A DNA stretch of 64,000 nt from Gemmatimonadota bacterium (GTDB lineage Bacteria; Gemmatimonadota; Gemmatimonadetes; Palauibacterales; Palauibacteraceae): assembly GCA_039587445.1 (NCBI GenBank), contig JBDHIM010000002.1, positions 14,456-78,455 on the forward strand. The letters are read 5' to 3'. The notes under the pieces were generated by a model. That model had not been told where the DNA came from. It was given only the letters and a program-made list of their open reading frames with translations, and made no database searches. Positions 51,373 to 62,273 of the stretch are shown here, piece after piece. Within the stretch, counting starts at the first letter, position 1; each line of letters begins with the position of its first letter. Both the position numbers and the translations under genes were made by a program.

Positions 51373-51393
51373 GGCGCGCCTGGGGGGCGCGCC
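51373..51393 (+). terminator. Hairpin after the activator gene (GGCGCGCC-tgggg-GGCGCGCC)
   Basis: 8-bp GC stem 9 nt after the stop, followed by TGTTGG. The tail is weak. Confidence 0.4.
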
Positions 51394-51416
51394 TGTTGGC
51401 TAACAGGTACTAGGCG

Positions 51417-52067
51417 GTGGGTATGATGGGGGAGAGAGGGCGGTGGGTGCCAAAAGGGTCCGCGGAGCTGGTCGAGCTGTTCGGCGAGATCGACGTGTAC
51501 CTGTTCGACCAGCTGCTGCGCGGGCGGATCACGCCCGAGTTGAGGGTGCTGGACGCCGGGTGCGGCGGCGGACGGAACCTGGTCTACCTGATGCGTGCCG
51601 GCTGCGACGTGTACGGCGTCGATCGGGACGGAGAGCGCGTCCGCGAGGTTCGTGCTCTCGCCGGCCGCCTCGCGCCGGATCTCCCCTCCGCGAACTTCCG
51701 CGCCGAGTCGGTCGAGTCAATGTCCTTCTCCGACGGTTTCTTCGAGGCCGTCATCGCGAACGCCCTCTTGCACTTCGCCCATGATGAAGAACACCTCATC
51801 TCGATGCTGGAGGAGCTATGGCGCGTGCTGGCTCCCGGAGGACTCTTCTTCGCGCGGCTGGCGACGACGATAGGCATCGCGGATCGCGTTCAACCGTTGG
51901 GTGGGGGGAGGTTTACCCTGCCGGACGGGAGCGAGCGACTCCTGGTGGACGAGGCCTTCCTGCTGGCGACGACCGAGCGCCTGGGTGGCACGCTGCTCGA
52001 CCCGATCAAGACAACGAACGTTCAGAACCTGCGCTGCATGACGACCTGGTTCGTCAAGAAATCCTAG
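51417..52067 (+). CDS. Class I SAM-dependent methyltransferase
   Basis: VLDAGCGGGRNLVYL (motif I), and a later GGLFFARL. The stop codon shares the palindrome CTAG (52064-52067) with the convergent engB stop. Confidence 0.7.
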   Translation: MGMMGERGRWVPKGSAELVELFGEIDVYLFDQLLRGRITPELRVLDAGCGGGRNLVYLMRAGCDVYGVDRDGERVREVRALAGRLAPDLPSANFRAESVESMSFSDGFFEAVIANALLHFAHDEEHLISMLEELWRVLAPGGLFFARLATTIGIADRVQPLGGGRFTLPDGSERLLVDEAFLLATTERLGGTLLDPIKTTNVQNLRCMTTWFVKKS

Positions 52068-52678
52068 GGCGCCAGGTCCTCTAGCCGGACGGCCTCCGCA
52101 TCCAGAAGGTGCTCCAGGCTCTCGAGCAGCTCCAGAGTGCCCTCCTTGGTGCGCGCCGAGGTGGCGAGCACCTGGTCCTCCGGCAGATCGAGCTGCTCGC
52201 GAAGCTTCACGACCGCGCCCGCCCGCCCCGCCCGATTCAGTTTGTCGATCTTGGTGAGCACGAACAACACGGGAACCCCCACGTCGCCGACGAACTCGAT
52301 CAGCCGACGATCCGTCTTCGTCACTCCGTGGCGGCTGTCGATGAGGACGACCAGCCCCAGAAGGCGAGGGTTGTTCTTCAGGTAGGCCTCCATGAGCGGG
52401 ACCCACTTACGCTGTACCTCCTTGGAGACCTTGGCGTACCCGTAGCCCGGGAGGTCCACGAGGAGCCAGCGGTCGTCGATCCGGAAGAAGTTGATCTCTC
52501 GCGTGCGCCCGGGATCCTTGGACACCCGCGCCAGCTTCTTCCTGCCGAGCAGCGCGTTGATCAGGCTGGACTTCCCGACGTTGGAGCGGCCGGCAACCGC
52601 GATCTCAGACAGAGTGTCGGGAGGGGTTTGGCCCGGATTCGCGATCGCGCCGACGAACTCGGCGGTTCGAACCGGCAA
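52064..52678 (-). CDS. engB: Ribosome-biogenesis GTPase YihA/YsxC
   Basis: GRSNVGKSSLINAL (G1), DLPGYGYA (G3), and TKIDK (G4). Confidence 0.85.
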   Translation of the reverse strand: MPVRTAEFVGAIANPGQTPPDTLSEIAVAGRSNVGKSSLINALLGRKKLARVSKDPGRTREINFFRIDDRWLLVDLPGYGYAKVSKEVQRKWVPLMEAYLKNNPRLLGLVVLIDSRHGVTKTDRRLIEFVGDVGVPVLFVLTKIDKLNRAGRAGAVVKLREQLDLPEDQVLATSARTKEGTLELLESLEHLLDAEAVRLEDLAP

Positions 52679-52721
52679 GAGAATAGCGGCTAGAGGCGAG
52701 GGCTGGCCGGCTCGCGGCCGG

Positions 52722-53957
52722 TCAGGCCTCCTTGCGCTCGGACTCGGGCTCCAGGATGAGGAGCGGGGTCTGCCCGTCCTCGATCGTCTCGCGGGTGATG
52801 ATCACCTCGCGGACGTCCTGCCGGGAGGGAAGCTCGAACATCACGTCGAGCATCACGTCCTCGAGGACGGCCCGAAGCCCACGGGCTCCCGTGCCCCGGT
52901 CGGCCGTGCGGGCGGCGACCGCACGGAGCGCCTCAGGGTCGAATGTGAGGCCGACGCCCTCGAGCTCGAACATCTTCGCGTACTGCTTGATGAGCGCGTT
53001 CTTGGGCTTCTGGAGGATGTCGACAAGGGCGCTCTCATCCAGCTCGTGCAGCGCGACCACCACGGGGATCCGACCTACGAGTTCGGGGATGAGTCCGTAC
53101 CGCAACAGATCCTCGGGCTCGCAATGCTCGAACGGGTTGTCGCTGATTCGCGCGTCCTCCTCCAGGTCGCTGAAGCCGATCAGCCGCTTGCCGAGCCGGC
53201 TCTCGATGATGTCCTCCAGGCCGTCGAATGCTCCGCCGCAGATGAACAGGATGTTCTTGGTGTCGATCTGAATGTACTCCTGCTGCGGATGCTTCCGGCC
53301 TCCTTGAGGCGGAACGGAGGCCACGGTGCCCTCGAGGATCTTCAGGAGAGCCTGCTGTACGCCCTCGCCCGAGACGTCTCGCGTGATGGAGGGGTTGTCG
53401 CTCTTTCGGGCGATCTTGTCGATCTCGTCGATGTAGACTATCCCTCGCTCGCACTCGGCGACGTTGTAGTCGCCGGCCTGGAGCAGGCGCACCAAGATGT
53501 TCTCGACGTCCTCGCCGACGTAGCCCGCCTCGGTTAAGGTCGTGGCGTCGGCGATCGTGAACGGAACCTGGAGCATGCGGGCGAGCGTCTGCGCCAACAG
53601 GGTCTTTCCGACGCCCGTCGGACCGAGGAGAAGGATGTTCGACTTCTCGATCTCGACCTCGTCGACGAGGCCCTGGTTGTTGATGCGCTTGTAGTGGTTG
53701 TAGACGGCGACGGACAGGCTCTTCTTCGCCTCTTCCTGACCGATGACGTACTCGTCGAGGATGTCCTTGATCTCGAGTGGCGGCGGGATGTCGGTGAAGC
53801 GACCGGCGGCCTCGCGCTCCTCCTCTTCCGCCAGGATTTCGTTGCAGAGCGCTATGCACTCGTTGCAGATGTAGACATTCGGTCCGGAGATGAACTTCTT
53901 TACGCTCTCCTTGGACTTCCCGCAGAACGAGCAGCGTAGATTCTTCTCGCCCGCCAT
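52722..53957 (-). CDS. clpX: ClpX unfoldase
   Basis: Zinc-binding domain CSFCGK...YICNECI. Walker [12 protein letters not shown], pore loop GYVGEDV, and [10 protein letters not shown]. Confidence 0.95.
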   Translation of the reverse strand: MAGEKNLRCSFCGKSKESVKKFISGPNVYICNECIALCNEILAEEEEREAAGRFTDIPPPLEIKDILDEYVIGQEEAKKSLSVAVYNHYKRINNQGLVDEVEIEKSNILLLGPTGVGKTLLAQTLARMLQVPFTIADATTLTEAGYVGEDVENILVRLLQAGDYNVAECERGIVYIDEIDKIARKSDNPSITRDVSGEGVQQALLKILEGTVASVPPQGGRKHPQQEYIQIDTKNILFICGGAFDGLEDIIESRLGKRLIGFSDLEEDARISDNPFEHCEPEDLLRYGLIPELVGRIPVVVALHELDESALVDILQKPKNALIKQYAKMFELEGVGLTFDPEALRAVAARTADRGTGARGLRAVLEDVMLDVMFELPSRQDVREVIITRETIEDGQTPLLILEPESERKEA

Positions 53958-53987
53958 GCTATCGCCTCTCTGCAGTTTCCGTCCTGC

Positions 53988-54635
53988 CTAGGCCTCTACC
54001 TCGATCTTCTCGACCTTGGCCTCGGTGAACTTGCCGTTTCCCGCCAACGCGTCGTTGCGCTCGATCATCCGATCGATGAGCCCATAGTCGACCGCTTCCA
54101 GGGGCGACATGAAGCGATCTCGATCGACGTCTTCCGCGATTTGCTCGACCGTCTGCCCCGTATGGGCGGCGAGAATCGAGTTCAGACGTTCCCGCGCGTG
54201 GAGGATCTCCTTCGCCTGAATCTCGATATCGGCTGCCGTTCCCTGCGCGCCGCTGGACGGCTGATGGATCATGATCCGCGAGTTCGGGAGCGCCGAACGC
54301 TTGCCCTTGGCGCCCGACGATAGAAGCACCGCCCCCATCGACGCGGCCATCCCCATGCAAATAGTGGACACCGGCGCGCTGAGGAACTGGATCGTGTCGT
54401 AGATCGCCAGGCCCGCGTAGACGCTTCCGCCCGGGCAGTTGATGTAGATGTTGATGTCCTTCTCCGGGTTATCCGCTTGAAGGAACAAAAGCTGAGCGAT
54501 GATGACGTTCGCGACGTCATCGTTGATCGGCGTGCCCAGAAAGACGATCCGGTCCATGAGGAGACGCGAGAAAATGTCGTACGTCCGCTCACCCCGACTG
54601 GATCGCTCGATCACATACGGTGCGTAAAGTGGCAT
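53988..54635 (-). CDS. clpP: ClpP peptidase
   Basis: [24 protein letters not shown] (catalytic Ser), and IMIHQP (His). Confidence 0.95.
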   Translation of the reverse strand: MPLYAPYVIERSSRGERTYDIFSRLLMDRIVFLGTPINDDVANVIIAQLLFLQADNPEKDINIYINCPGGSVYAGLAIYDTIQFLSAPVSTICMGMAASMGAVLLSSGAKGKRSALPNSRIMIHQPSSGAQGTAADIEIQAKEILHARERLNSILAAHTGQTVEQIAEDVDRDRFMSPLEAVDYGLIDRMIERNDALAGNGKFTEAKVEKIEVEA

Positions 54636-54801
54636 GGCTTATCCTGTTACGCTTCCGGTTCGTCGTCTGACGATGTGGGCCTTTTCGTCCTCAGCGCAAG
54701 CGGCGCGCCGCGGCGCGCTCCAGCGCTGACCCTGGCGATCGGCCCGCGTCCAAGGTGCTACCCGCTCCGCCTCGCGAGTTTCCAAGCGGCGAGCGTCGCG
54801 G

Positions 54802-56154
54802 TCATTCGACCGTCGAAAGTCCCTCCAGGTGCTCGAAAGCGCCGTCGATGACGACCCTTCGGCGCACTGAATCCAGTCCGCCCTGCCTGAGCCATTGGCG
54901 TCGGAGCTCTTTGGCATCAATCCCACGTCGCTCCGCATTCGTTGCGATATGCGCGTCGACTTGCGCATCGCTCACCTCGATCCCGAGGTCCTGGATGAGG
55001 TGTTCGAGCACGAGCTCGCGCTTCAACTGCTGCTGAGCGATCGGGCGTACCGATCGACGGGTTTCAGCCGCTTCGGCTTCCTGGGTTCCGTCGGCCTCGC
55101 CGTCCGATCCGAGAATCCGGTCGAGGTATCCTTCTACGAGAGAGCCCGGCACCTCGAACGGGTTGGCCTCGACGATGGAATCCAGGATCTCGTCGCGAAC
55201 GCGTTGCTCGGACTCCTCTTTCCGATGTCTGAGCAGATCCTCTCGGATCTGTCGCCTGAGGTCTTCGAGCGTCTCGAACTCGCCGACCTGCGAGGCGAAG
55301 TCGTCGTCCAGCGGGGCCAGGCGGCGGCGCTTCGACTCGACCAGGTCGATCTCCAGCCTCCGTGTCTGCCCCGCCATGGCGGTATCTCCGAAGTCCTCCG
55401 GGAAGCGAACGGAGAACGTGCCGCTCTCACTCGGCGAGAGGGTCCTGACGGCTTTCTCTACGTCTTCGATCGCATATCCGCCGCCGAGCGGAAACCGATA
55501 CAGCTCTCCGCCCTCCTCCTCTGCCGATTCGGCTCCTTCTCCTGCCGGGCCGGTCACGACGCTCGGCGCGCCGGTCTCTTCCGAGCCCTCCGCGCTCGCG
55601 GCATCGTCCAGGTTCGTGATCCGCACGGCGACCAGATCGCCCTCCTCCGGTGGCGCCTCGGAGGGCTCCCACACGCCGCGCTCTTCCCGAAGTCGCTCGA
55701 GCACGCCGTCGACATCGTCGTCGGCCACCGATACCTCGGGTCGAGAGATCTTGAATCCTCCCGTTCGTTTCAGATTGAGGATGGGCATGATCTCGACATC
55801 AACCTGAAAGGTCAGGTTCTCGCCCTGGGCGTAGTTGACCTGCCCGAACTCCGGGGCTCCGATGGGATCGAGGCTCTGCCGCCGGACCGCCTCCCTGTAG
55901 GCGTCCTCGACCAAGCTCTGAACGGTTCGCTGATCCACGAGGTCGCCGTATCTTTGCTCGACGATATGGGTGGGGACCTTGCCGGCGCGGAAGCCCTTGA
56001 TGCGGAGCTTCTTCGACAGCTTCTTCCGCTCCTTGGCCCGGGCCTGCAGAACGCGCTTTGCGTCCACCGTGATGGTGAGACGCCTCTTCCACGCCTCGAG
56101 CTCCTCGACGGCGACGTCGATCGGATCCGATCTCTTTGTATCTGTCTGATTCAT
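54802..56154 (-). CDS. tig: Trigger factor
   Basis: The N-terminal ribosome-binding region contains GFRAGKVP. A central FKBP-like region and a C-terminal helical arm follow. Canonical tig-clpP-clpX order. Confidence 0.9.
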   Translation of the reverse strand: MNQTDTKRSDPIDVAVEELEAWKRRLTITVDAKRVLQARAKERKKLSKKLRIKGFRAGKVPTHIVEQRYGDLVDQRTVQSLVEDAYREAVRRQSLDPIGAPEFGQVNYAQGENLTFQVDVEIMPILNLKRTGGFKISRPEVSVADDDVDGVLERLREERGVWEPSEAPPEEGDLVAVRITNLDDAASAEGSEETGAPSVVTGPAGEGAESAEEEGGELYRFPLGGGYAIEDVEKAVRTLSPSESGTFSVRFPEDFGDTAMAGQTRRLEIDLVESKRRRLAPLDDDFASQVGEFETLEDLRRQIREDLLRHRKEESEQRVRDEILDSIVEANPFEVPGSLVEGYLDRILGSDGEADGTQEAEAAETRRSVRPIAQQQLKRELVLEHLIQDLGIEVSDAQVDAHIATNAERRGIDAKELRRQWLRQGGLDSVRRRVVIDGAFEHLEGLSTVE

Positions 56155-56168
56155 AGGCTCCCTCAGGA

Positions 56169-56252
56169 TGCGAAAGGGGGGACTCGAACCCCCACGGCCC
56201 TAAGGCCACCAGCTCCTAAGGCTGGCGCGTCTGCCGATTCCGCCACTTTCGC
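56169..56252 (-). tRNA. tRNA-Leu (anticodon UAG), long variable arm, CCA not encoded
   Basis: Folded by hand on the minus strand:
- Acceptor stem GCGAAAG/CUUUCGC.
- Anticodon stem CCAGC/GCUGG with loop CU-UAG-GA.
- Variable arm UGGCCUUAGGGCCGU.
- T arm GGGGG-UUCGAGU-CCCCC.
- Discriminator A. Confidence 0.95.
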
Positions 56253-56455
56253 GGGGCTCCCAAGTCTAGCGTCGGGTGGGGTGATCTGGTAGGTGCGGAA
56301 CGCTACTCGGCACACCTGGCCGCCAGCGAGGGAGGCTGCCCTCATCTCATCTCGGCATGTGCGTCCTTCCGTGCAGCTGCCTCTTCTCGCCGGTGCGGGC
56401 TTCACGTATCGTGGGGCTTAGACGGAGCAACATTTCCCAGCTACAGGAGGTCACC

Positions 56456-56839
56456 GTGAGACGCGTCAACCTTGCTGCACTCGGCTTGCTTTTGCTGTTC
56501 GCGGCCCCCGCCTTCGCCCAGGATGCGACGGTGGTCGATTCCGACCATTACAAAGTCGAGTTCGAGAACGATCAGGTGCGGGTGCTTCGCATCACGTACG
56601 GTTCCGGCGAGAAGTCCGTCATGCATTGGCATCCGGGCGCCATCGTGGTCAATCTCACCGACAACACCTTCCAGATGCACGCCCCGGATGGAACGAGCCA
56701 GGAGTACAGTGCCAAGAAGGGCGATGTAGCGTGGACGGACGCCGTCACACACCTTCCCGAGAACCTGACAGACGCGTCGGCCGAAGTAATCCTGATCGAG
56801 TTCAAGAAGAAGAAGAAGACCGAAGAGGGGTGCATGTAG
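56456..56839 (+). CDS. Secreted small cupin-like protein with a Lys-rich C-terminus
   Basis: GTG at 56456 follows AGGAGG (56445-56450). Signal peptide VRRVNLAALGLLLLFAAPAFAQ. The HYKVEFENDQVRVLRITYGSGEKSVMHWHPG pattern is cupin-like. The tail is KKKKK. Confidence 0.55.
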   Translation: MRRVNLAALGLLLLFAAPAFAQDATVVDSDHYKVEFENDQVRVLRITYGSGEKSVMHWHPGAIVVNLTDNTFQMHAPDGTSQEYSAKKGDVAWTDAVTHLPENLTDASAEVILIEFKKKKKTEEGCM

Positions 56840-56971
56840 GCTCGTAAAACCCCTGAGGTGGTCGGTGTCCGTGAAGGGGATTCCACCACCAGGCTTGCCA
56901 AGAAGCTCCCGACAAATGGTGGGTCGCGGCCTCGCTTAACTTGGTTGTGACGGCGGCAGCGGTCCATCCGG

Positions 56972-57499
56972 GTGACCCACAGGGGAGGCGCCATGAGCGA
57001 GACGCAGCAGCGTGTCTTCTATGAGGGCCTGGTCGCGGGCCTGATCGGCTACGTGACGGTCGCGCTGGTCCTCGGCATCGTGGATCTCGTGACCGGCCGC
57101 TCGGTCTTCTACACGGTGGCCACGTTGGGGCAGGCCGTCTTCGGAGGAGCCGGGGGAGGCGAGGGGACCGTGACGCCCGCGGCGGTCTTTACCTACAACG
57201 GTGTCCACGTCCTGGCTTTCGTGGTGTTCGGGATTTTCGTGGCCTGGCTCGTGGTGGAGACAGAGCTCCATCCCGCGATCTGGTACGTGGCGTTCATGGT
57301 GCTTCTCGGCGCCTTCTTCCTGGCCACCGTCCTGGCGGCCGGGGCGGGTGCCGCGTTGGGCGAGGCGCTGCCATGGTGGAGCGTGGTGGTCGCGAACATC
57401 TGCGCCGCGCTCGCGATGGGCACCTACCTGCATCGCGCCCATCCCCGACTCCTCCGGCACGTCAGCGAGCACGGCGACCCCGAGTTCGAGGAGTCCTAG
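56972..57499 (+). CDS. Hypothetical membrane protein (4-5 TM)
   Basis: Track ORF with hydrophobic helices throughout. An alternative start exists at the MSETQQ ATG (56993). Confidence 0.5.
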   Translation: MTHRGGAMSETQQRVFYEGLVAGLIGYVTVALVLGIVDLVTGRSVFYTVATLGQAVFGGAGGGEGTVTPAAVFTYNGVHVLAFVVFGIFVAWLVVETELHPAIWYVAFMVLLGAFFLATVLAAGAGAALGEALPWWSVVVANICAALAMGTYLHRAHPRLLRHVSEHGDPEFEES

Positions 57500-57543
57500 C
57501 CGCGCACCTGGTCTGACAAGCAGGCGCCCGCAACCGGATGCAA

Positions 57544-57570
57544 AGAGGCCCGGCAAGAAGCCGGGCCTCT
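57544..57570. terminator. Bidirectional hairpin between convergent genes
   Basis: Perfect 11-bp stem AGAGGCCCGGC-aagaa-GCCGGGCCTCT. It is flanked by CAAA on the left and CTCTTC on the right. Confidence 0.65.
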
Positions 57571-57647
57571 CTCTTCAGGATTCTCGATTCCTCTCGGGTC
57601 ACCCCGGGGCTCTGCCCCCGCCGTCTCCTACGAAGGCAGCCGCACGC

Positions 57648-59099
57648 TCAGCGTGAGGCGCGACCCGGAGCGCGGATCGAGCAGCGCCAGGTTGGCAATG
57701 CCGCCCGGCTGCAGCGCACCGACGATCTCCGCCCGAGGGCTCCGGTCCGCGACACGTCGGAGATGATGACACCGGACACGTTCTCGTCCAGCTCGAGGCC
57801 TGCGGCCCGGGCTTCCTCCAGGTCACGGACCGAGATGCCGAGATGGTCGGCGGCGTCCGGAGGTGACTCGGCCGATGCCACACGGGTGTCGGCGGGCCGT
57901 TGCTGGAGCTGCACCTGAATCTTGTGAGGCTCTTTGGTCGAGCGTCGTATGAGGCCGATCGTCACGGTCTCACCCGGCGAGTACGCGCGTAGCCTGGTCT
58001 GCAGCTCGCTCACCGTGCTGATCGGGTCGCCCTCGAGCGACACGATCACGTCACCGCGCTCGAGGCCCGCGTCACGAGCCGCGCTCTCTGCCGATCCGAG
58101 AGCTCCGAAGTCCTGGACCACGACGCCGGCGACCTCGTCAAGGCCGTAGAACTCGGCGTCTTCGGCCGTGACGCTCGTCACGGAGACGCCGAGGATGGCT
58201 CGGCGGACCTCACCGTACTGGATGAGGTCGTCCACGACCTCGCCCACCAGCTCGATGGGGACGGCGAAGCCGTATCCCTGGTTAAAGCCGGTGGTGCTCG
58301 AGATCGCGGTGTTCATCCCGATCACCTCGCCACGCACGTTGACGAGCGGTCCTCCCGAGTTCCCCGGGTTGATCGCCGCGTCGGTCTGGATGAAGTCTTC
58401 GATGGCGGCGTTGTTCGTGCGCGCCAGGATGTTGATGTTCCGACCCTTCGCGCTCACGATCCCCGCCGTCACCGTCATCTCCAGCACCCGTCCCGCGCCG
58501 GCGGAGAAGCCGGGGCTTCCGATCGCCAGGACCCACTCGCCCACGCGCGTTCCGCTGGCCGAGCCGAATGGGATCGACGGCAGGTCGTCCGCATCGATCT
58601 TCAGCAAAGCCACGTCCGTGTCCGGGTCGCGACCCACGAGCTGAACGTTCACGAATTCACGCCGATCGGCCAGTTCGACGCTGATCTCCTCCGCCCCCGC
58701 GACGACGTGGTTGTTCGTCACGATGTAGCCGTCCGGACTGACGATGAAGCCCGAGCCGCTCCCCTGTACGAGACCGGGGCCCTGCTGCGGCTGGCGGAAA
58801 AAGTCCCTGAACGGCTCCGGAAGCTGCGGAGCGTTCTGCGCCGAGCGAGCGCTTCGCGCCACTCGGATCGTCACGACCGCCGGCCCGATCTTTTCGACCA
58901 CCGGGGCGAAGCCCTGGGACAGGCTCACATCACCCAGCTGCTGGAGCTGCTCGTTGGAGGCGCCGAACTGTATCTCGGCCGAGCCGATAGCAAAGGACTG
59001 TGGCGTCAGGTCGAGCTTCGCTGCGAACCCGAGCCCCAGGGCGAAAGCGAGCAAAGCGACGAGAATCAGGTTGAGCTTGGTTCGAAGTGCGTCGTTCAT
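57648..59099 (-). CDS. htrA: HtrA/DegP-family serine endopeptidase with two PDZ domains (C-terminal end questionable)
   Basis: N-terminal anchor or signal. Catalytic triad TNNHVV / DVALLKI / GNSGGPL. PDZ1 is intact. PDZ2 ends in an Arg/Cys-rich tail that looks out of frame. Confidence 0.88.
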   Translation of the reverse strand: MNDALRTKLNLILVALLAFALGLGFAAKLDLTPQSFAIGSAEIQFGASNEQLQQLGDVSLSQGFAPVVEKIGPAVVTIRVARSARSAQNAPQLPEPFRDFFRQPQQGPGLVQGSGSGFIVSPDGYIVTNNHVVAGAEEISVELADRREFVNVQLVGRDPDTDVALLKIDADDLPSIPFGSASGTRVGEWVLAIGSPGFSAGAGRVLEMTVTAGIVSAKGRNINILARTNNAAIEDFIQTDAAINPGNSGGPLVNVRGEVIGMNTAISSTTGFNQGYGFAVPIELVGEVVDDLIQYGEVRRAILGVSVTSVTAEDAEFYGLDEVAGVVVQDFGALGSAESAARDAGLERGDVIVSLEGDPISTVSELQTRLRAYSPGETVTIGLIRRSTKEPHKIQVQLQQRPADTRVASAESPPDAADHLGISVRDLEEARAAGLELDENVSGVIISDVSRTGALGRRSSVRCSRAALPTWRCSIRAPGRASR

Positions 59100-59280
59100 A
59101 TGCCTCTTCTTCTGTCCCCTCGGTTGTCGATGTCGTCCACTCCGGATTCCGGTCGGCAGCCGGCCGTCATAGGGCGACCGCGTACCGCAACGTTTTGATA
59201 CACGGAATTCGCTTCGAGTTGCATCGTTGGTCCGTTACCAACGGAACGAGCGATCCCGCGCGCGCGTTCCGGAGGCGCCA

Positions 59281-59318
59281 CTGTAAACAAAGAGGGACGA
59301 CGTGACGCCGTCCCTCTT
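59281..59318 (-). terminator. Intrinsic terminator after dnaK
   Basis: The minus strand reads AAGAGGGACG-gcgtcacgt-CGTCCCTCTT followed by TGTTTACAG. The stem spans 59290-59318. Confidence 0.65.
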
Positions 59319-59349
59319 CGCCGAGATAGGGCGAGCAGCGAATGAGCCG

Positions 59350-61278
59350 CTACTCGTTTTCCTCCACGATCTCGTAATCGGCTTCCACGACCTCTTCGTC
59401 TCCCTCGGCCCCGTCCGCCTCCGGCTCGGAGCTGTCCTGGAAATCTCCGTCGCCGGCGGCCTCCGCAGCTGCGCCGGCCTTGGCGTACATTTGCTGTGCC
59501 GCCGCCTGCACGGCCTGGTTGACCGTCTCGGTCGCCGCCTGTATATCGGAGTGCTGGCCCTCCTTCAGCGCTTTTCGCGCCACCTCCAGGGCCTCGTCGA
59601 TCTCCGTCTTCGCCGCCTCGTCGATCGCCTCCTTCCAGTCCTCCAGGTTCTTCTCGGTCTGGTAGACCAGGGAGTCCAGCTGGTTGCGGGCGTCGACCTC
59701 CTCCCGTCGCTGCCGGTCCTCGTCGGAGTGCTCTTCGGCCTCCTGGACCATTCGCTCGATGTCGCCCTCCGAGAGACCCGATGAGGCCTCGATGCGGATC
59801 TTCTGCTCCTTGCCGGTCGCCTTGTCGAGTGCACTCACGTGCAGGATCCCGTTCGCGTCGATGTCGAACGTGACCTCGATCTGGGGCACGCCGCGTGGGG
59901 CCGGCGGAATGCCGGTCAGCTGGAAGCGCCCGATGGTCTTGTTGTCCTGTGCCATCTTCCGCTCGCCCTGCAGCACGTGGATGTCCACCGTGCTCTGGTT
60001 GTCCTCGGCGGTCGAGAAGACCTCGCTCTTCTTGGTCGGGATGGTCGTGTTTCGGGTGATCAGCGTCGTCATGACGCCGCCCAACGTCTCGATCCCGAGC
60101 GACAGCGGTGTGACGTCGAGTAGCAGCACGTCCTTCACGTCGCCGGCCAGCACGCCACCCTGGATTGCCGCCCCGATGCCCACGACCTCGTCCGGGTTGA
60201 CGCCCTTGTGGGGCTCCTGACCGAAGAACTCGCGCACCACGTCCTGGACCTTCGGGATTCGGGTCGAGCCCCCGACGAGGATGACCTCGTCGATGGCAGA
60301 AGGCTCCAGGTCTGCGTCAGCGAGTGCGCGCTTCATCGGATCCATGGTGCGCTGGATCAGGTCATCCACCAACTGCTCGAACTTGGCGCGCGTCAGCGTG
60401 AGGTTCAGGTGCTTCGGCCCCGACTGGTCCGCGGTGATGAACGGAAGGTTGATGTCCGTCTGCGTGGTGCTCGACAGCTCGATCTTGGCCTTCTCGGAGG
60501 CCTCCTTCAGCCGCTGCAGCGCCATCGGGTCCTTGGACAGATCGATCCCCTGATCCTTCTTGAACTCCTGCACGAGCCAGTCGATGACCCGCTGATCGAA
60601 GTCGTCGCCGCCCAGATGGGTGTCGCCATTGGTCGACTTCACCTCGAAGACGCCGTCCCCCAGCTCCAGCACCGAGATGTCGTACGTCCCGCCTCCCAGG
60701 TCGAAGACGGCGATCATCTCTTCGGAGCTCTTGTCCAGCCCGTAGGCGAGCGCGGCCGCGGTCGGCTCGTTGATGATCCGGAGTACCTCGAGGCCCGCGA
60801 TCTTGCCGGCGTCCTTCGTCGCCTGGCGCTGGGCATCGTTGAAGTAGGCCGGAGTCGTGATGACCGCCTGCGTGACCTCCTGCCCCAGATAGTCCTCCGC
60901 CGTCTGCTTCATCTTCTGGAGGATCATGGCGGATATCTCGGGCGGGGTGAAGGACTTGTCCGCGTTCGACACCTTCACCTGCACCCGGTCCTGGGCGTCG
61001 CACTCGATCTTGTAGGGGACGAGTTTCCGCTCGGATTCGACCTCCGAGCACTTTCGTCCCATGAAGCGCTTGATCGAAGCGACCGTGTTCTCCGGGTTGG
61101 TCACGGCCTGCCGCTTGGCGACCTGCCCGACGAGTCGCTCCCCGTCCTTCGTATAAGCCACCACCGACGGAGTCGTCCGAGAACCCTCGGCGCTCGGGAT
61201 GACGACGGGGTCGCCGCCCTCCATGACCGCGACCACGGAATTGGTGGTCCCGAGATCGATACCGATAACCTTGCCCAT
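59350..61278 (-). CDS. dnaK: Chaperone DnaK (Hsp70)
   Basis: I prefer the start at [18 protein letters not shown] (61278). [10 protein letters not shown], and the C-terminal EADYEIVEE-type acidic tail. Confidence 0.97.
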   Translation of the reverse strand: MGKVIGIDLGTTNSVVAVMEGGDPVVIPSAEGSRTTPSVVAYTKDGERLVGQVAKRQAVTNPENTVASIKRFMGRKCSEVESERKLVPYKIECDAQDRVQVKVSNADKSFTPPEISAMILQKMKQTAEDYLGQEVTQAVITTPAYFNDAQRQATKDAGKIAGLEVLRIINEPTAAALAYGLDKSSEEMIAVFDLGGGTYDISVLELGDGVFEVKSTNGDTHLGGDDFDQRVIDWLVQEFKKDQGIDLSKDPMALQRLKEASEKAKIELSSTTQTDINLPFITADQSGPKHLNLTLTRAKFEQLVDDLIQRTMDPMKRALADADLEPSAIDEVILVGGSTRIPKVQDVVREFFGQEPHKGVNPDEVVGIGAAIQGGVLAGDVKDVLLLDVTPLSLGIETLGGVMTTLITRNTTIPTKKSEVFSTAEDNQSTVDIHVLQGERKMAQDNKTIGRFQLTGIPPAPRGVPQIEVTFDIDANGILHVSALDKATGKEQKIRIEASSGLSEGDIERMVQEAEEHSDEDRQRREEVDARNQLDSLVYQTEKNLEDWKEAIDEAAKTEIDEALEVARKALKEGQHSDIQAATETVNQAVQAAAQQMYAKAGAAAEAAGDGDFQDSSEPEADGAEGDEEVVEADYEIVEENE

Positions 61279-61529
61279 ATCTGCGTTTCCTTTCGTGCGT
61301 TTAGTATTCGGAGACCCGGATAGGGTGCAAGCGATGTGCCGGGTACGAACCCCTGATTCGCCGAAGTTGGCGGGATTTGGACCTCTGAAACCCGACAATA
61401 TGACAAGTCCAGGCCCTCCGCTTGTCAGAACGGCAGGCCGCGGGTCCGGGTGCGGCTCCTCCACGGCCTCCGCCAGGACTCCCCGGGGGTCGTGTTGCGT
61501 GCCATCAGGGCCGTCTCTAACCTGCGGCC

Positions 61530-62273
61530 ATGTTTCCTCTCAGGGACGAGAACCCCACCGAGCTCATCCCCTTCATCACCCTCGCCATTATCCTCCTCAA
61601 CGTCGGGGTGTGGCTGACGCTCCAGAGTGGAGGCGTCGGGCTCTCCTTCGTCGACTCGCTTTGTGACTACGGCACGATTCCCGGCGAGCTGACGGGGGCC
61701 GTCCCCGCCGGTCGTGAAGTCGAGCTTGGAGAGTACCGCTGCGTGACCGGAGGCAAGACGTGGAGCACCGTGTTCACGTCGATGTTCATGCACGGCGGGT
61801 GGGGTCACCTCATCGGCAACATGTGGTTTCTCTGGGTCTTCGGGAACAATGTCGAAGACTCCATGGGCCACGGCCGCTTCCTCGTCTTCTATCTGCTCTC
61901 GGGCATGGCCGCCTCGGCCATGCACGTGCTCACGGGGCCGTCGAGCGCGATCCCCACCGTGGGAGCTTCCGGGGCGATCAGCGGCGTGATGGGCGCGTAC
62001 ATGATTCTCTATCCGAGGGTGCGGGTTCTCACCCTCGTGTTCGTCTTTCTCACCTACGTCCCGGCCTGGCTGATGCTCGGCTACTGGTTCCTGATCCAGT
62101 TCCTATCCGGCTCCGCGTCCGGCGAGGGGGCGGGCATCGCCTTCTGGGCGCACGTGGGGGGCTTCTTGGCTGGTGTGATCCTCGTCAAAGCGTTCGAGAG
62201 GAGGCGGTTGGTGGAAGCGAAGCTTGCAGGCCAGAGACTGAGCCGCGAGGAGCTGAGGGGCATCCGATGGTGA
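61530..62273 (+). CDS. Rhomboid-family intramembrane serine protease
   Basis: [33 protein letters not shown] (catalytic Ser), and AHVGGFLAG (His). Confidence 0.85.
   Translation: MFPLRDENPTELIPFITLAIILLNVGVWLTLQSGGVGLSFVDSLCDYGTIPGELTGAVPAGREVELGEYRCVTGGKTWSTVFTSMFMHGGWGHLIGNMWFLWVFGNNVEDSMGHGRFLVFYLLSGMAASAMHVLTGPSSAIPTVGASGAISGVMGAYMILYPRVRVLTLVFVFLTYVPAWLMLGYWFLIQFLSGSASGEGAGIAFWAHVGGFLAGVILVKAFERRRLVEAKLAGQRLSREELRGIRW

Noticed and set aside
56169-56252. tRNA-Leu as a possible genomic-island integration site
   Set aside because: The neighbours are tig-clpP-clpX on one side and small ordinary genes on the other. I saw no integrase, no duplicated tRNA 3' end and no compositional break.
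56804-56818. (AAG)5 trinucleotide run
   Set aside because: It simply encodes the KKKKK tail of the small cupin-like protein. It is short, in-frame and unremarkable.
61279-61529. Heat-shock control elements (CIRCE, HAIR, sigma-32 promoter) upstream of dnaK
   Set aside because: There is no CIRCE or HAIR inverted repeat. The best sigma-32-like match is CTTGCAC-N13-CCGAATAC on the minus strand (about 61304-61331), which is too weak to report as a feature.
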